The notes under the pieces were generated by a model. The model ran no database searches and was not told where the DNA came from. It saw only the letters and a list, made by a program, of their open reading frames with translations. Of a stretch of DNA of 32,400 nt, positions 31,249 to 32,400 are shown piece by piece. The stretch's first letter is position 1. Every line of letters begins with the position of its first letter. The DNA lies in NCBI GenBank assembly GCA_000442015.1, contig KE560855.1, forward strand, positions 1 through 32,400, in the 5' to 3' direction. The stretch comes from Rozella allomycis CSF55 (taxonomy: Eukaryota). The translations under genes were made by a program, and so were the position numbers.

Positions 31249-32400
31249 TCTGCTAAGAAGTTCGCGTGCACATCCTGTTTGATGCAGCTAGATGTATTGT
31301 TTGTTTCTGTGTCTCTTTCTATTTCTAATGCCAAACAAAATTTAGTTTCTCCCATATCTATGCAATTATATTATTCTTTGAGTTGTGCTTTAATTTTGTT
31401 AATTTTATTAGTAGATGCACCAATAAGTAGATCGTCAACATAAAGAATAATGTAGGATTTCTCATTTCCTTCTTCATTGACATAGATGCAGTGATCGGCT
31501 TTTTTAGTTCTAACATTCAATGATTTTAAATAAGAAGCTATCTCAGAATCCCAAACTCGAGGTGCCGGTTTTAAACTATAGAGTGATTTTTGCAAATTTA
31601 ATACTTTTGAGCTGGAGTCTTCAGTGCAACCTTCCGGTACTTGCATAAATAAATTTGTTTCATTTAATTTTAGAATTAAAAATTTTGTTACTACGTCGAG
31701 TTGATGTAGTTCTAAATTCATATGAGCGACAATGCTTAATACTGATCTAAGGGATTCATGACGCGAAACTGGAGCAAAAGTTTCTTCATTATGACAACCC
31801 TCAATTTGCGAATATCCTTTTGCAACTAATCAAGCCTTGTACCGCACTACTTCTCCGAGAACATTTTCTTCTTTCTAAATACCCATCTAGCACCAAACAC
31901 ATCCATGTCTTTTCTGTTATTTACAAGAATAAAAGTATCATTCTTTTTTAAGCTATAAATTTATGCCTGAACTGCTTTTAGCCAATTCTCTGTGTCATGG
32001 CGGTTAAGAAATGTCCTTGTAGTTGTTTGGGGTCTCATAAATAGTAGAAAATTGGAGAGCATGCCAAAGGGGTTTAAAACGTTCCGGTAAAGTGTTTTGG
32101 GGTCAATATCACACAATCTTCATGCATTATTGTATTCTTCTTCATTCTCAAATTCGGTAGCGTCTTCGAAATTATCACCATCTTCCAAGTCGTCTTCAGC
32201 ATTTTCCAAGCCCTCCTGAAAATGTTCAACTGGATTGTTGTCATTATTCGAAAGTCGACAGTGTGGTGGAAAAGATACATTGGAGGTGATGTTTGTTTCA
32301 TATCCTGAGTGTTCATCAGTTTATTTGTTTCATTTGTAAAAGTAGCATCACGCGAAATAAGTGACGTTCTCTCATAGAACGGATAAGAAATAAATAAGTA
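31249..32400 (-). mobile_element. Degenerate Ty1/copia retrotransposon (post-integrase linker and RT N-terminal two thirds), runs off the window end
   Basis: SRDATF, GARWVFRK, VRYKA*LVAKGYSQIEG..ETFAPV, LELHQLDVVT.FL, LQKSLYSLK.APRVW, DHCIY, ILYVDDLLI, GETKFCLALEIERD, LHQTGCARELLSR. Confidence 0.93.

Overview
AT-rich, extremely compact eukaryotic DNA, not prokaryotic. Bases 1-25.7 kb hold about 17 densely packed protein-coding genes split by tiny spliceosomal introns (mostly 26-32 nt), so the ORF track shows only fragments and misses one gene (TRAPPC2L) entirely. In order: RAV1 (3' part), coilin, a degenerate chitin-deacetylase-like protein, TRAPPC2L, a C2H2 zinc-finger protein, PACRG, a homeodomain protein, an attractin/MEGF8-like receptor, a half-size ABCA transporter, TMEM209, a truncated Vms1/ANKZF1, a hypothetical gene, CDC40/PRP17, a Cdc15/Hof1-like F-BAR-SH3 protein, a Cdc11/Nud1 LRR scaffold and MAF1. 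Bases 25.9-32.4 kb are a decayed, nested transposon cluster (Ty1/copia, Ty3/gypsy, pogo/Tc2-like). A flagellar gene (PACRG), fungal-type genes, a microsporidian-like CDA and mini-introns together suggest a zoosporic early-diverging fungus such as Rozella (inference only). The most notable signals are a near-identical 20-nt element at two 19-30 bp head-to-head gene junctions, two intragenic GC-skew inversions at AT-rich troughs, a perfect E2F-type palindrome at a divergent cytokinesis gene pair, and a copia element apparently split by an inversion. All gene identities come from manual motif recognition and hand splicing; no database search was run.
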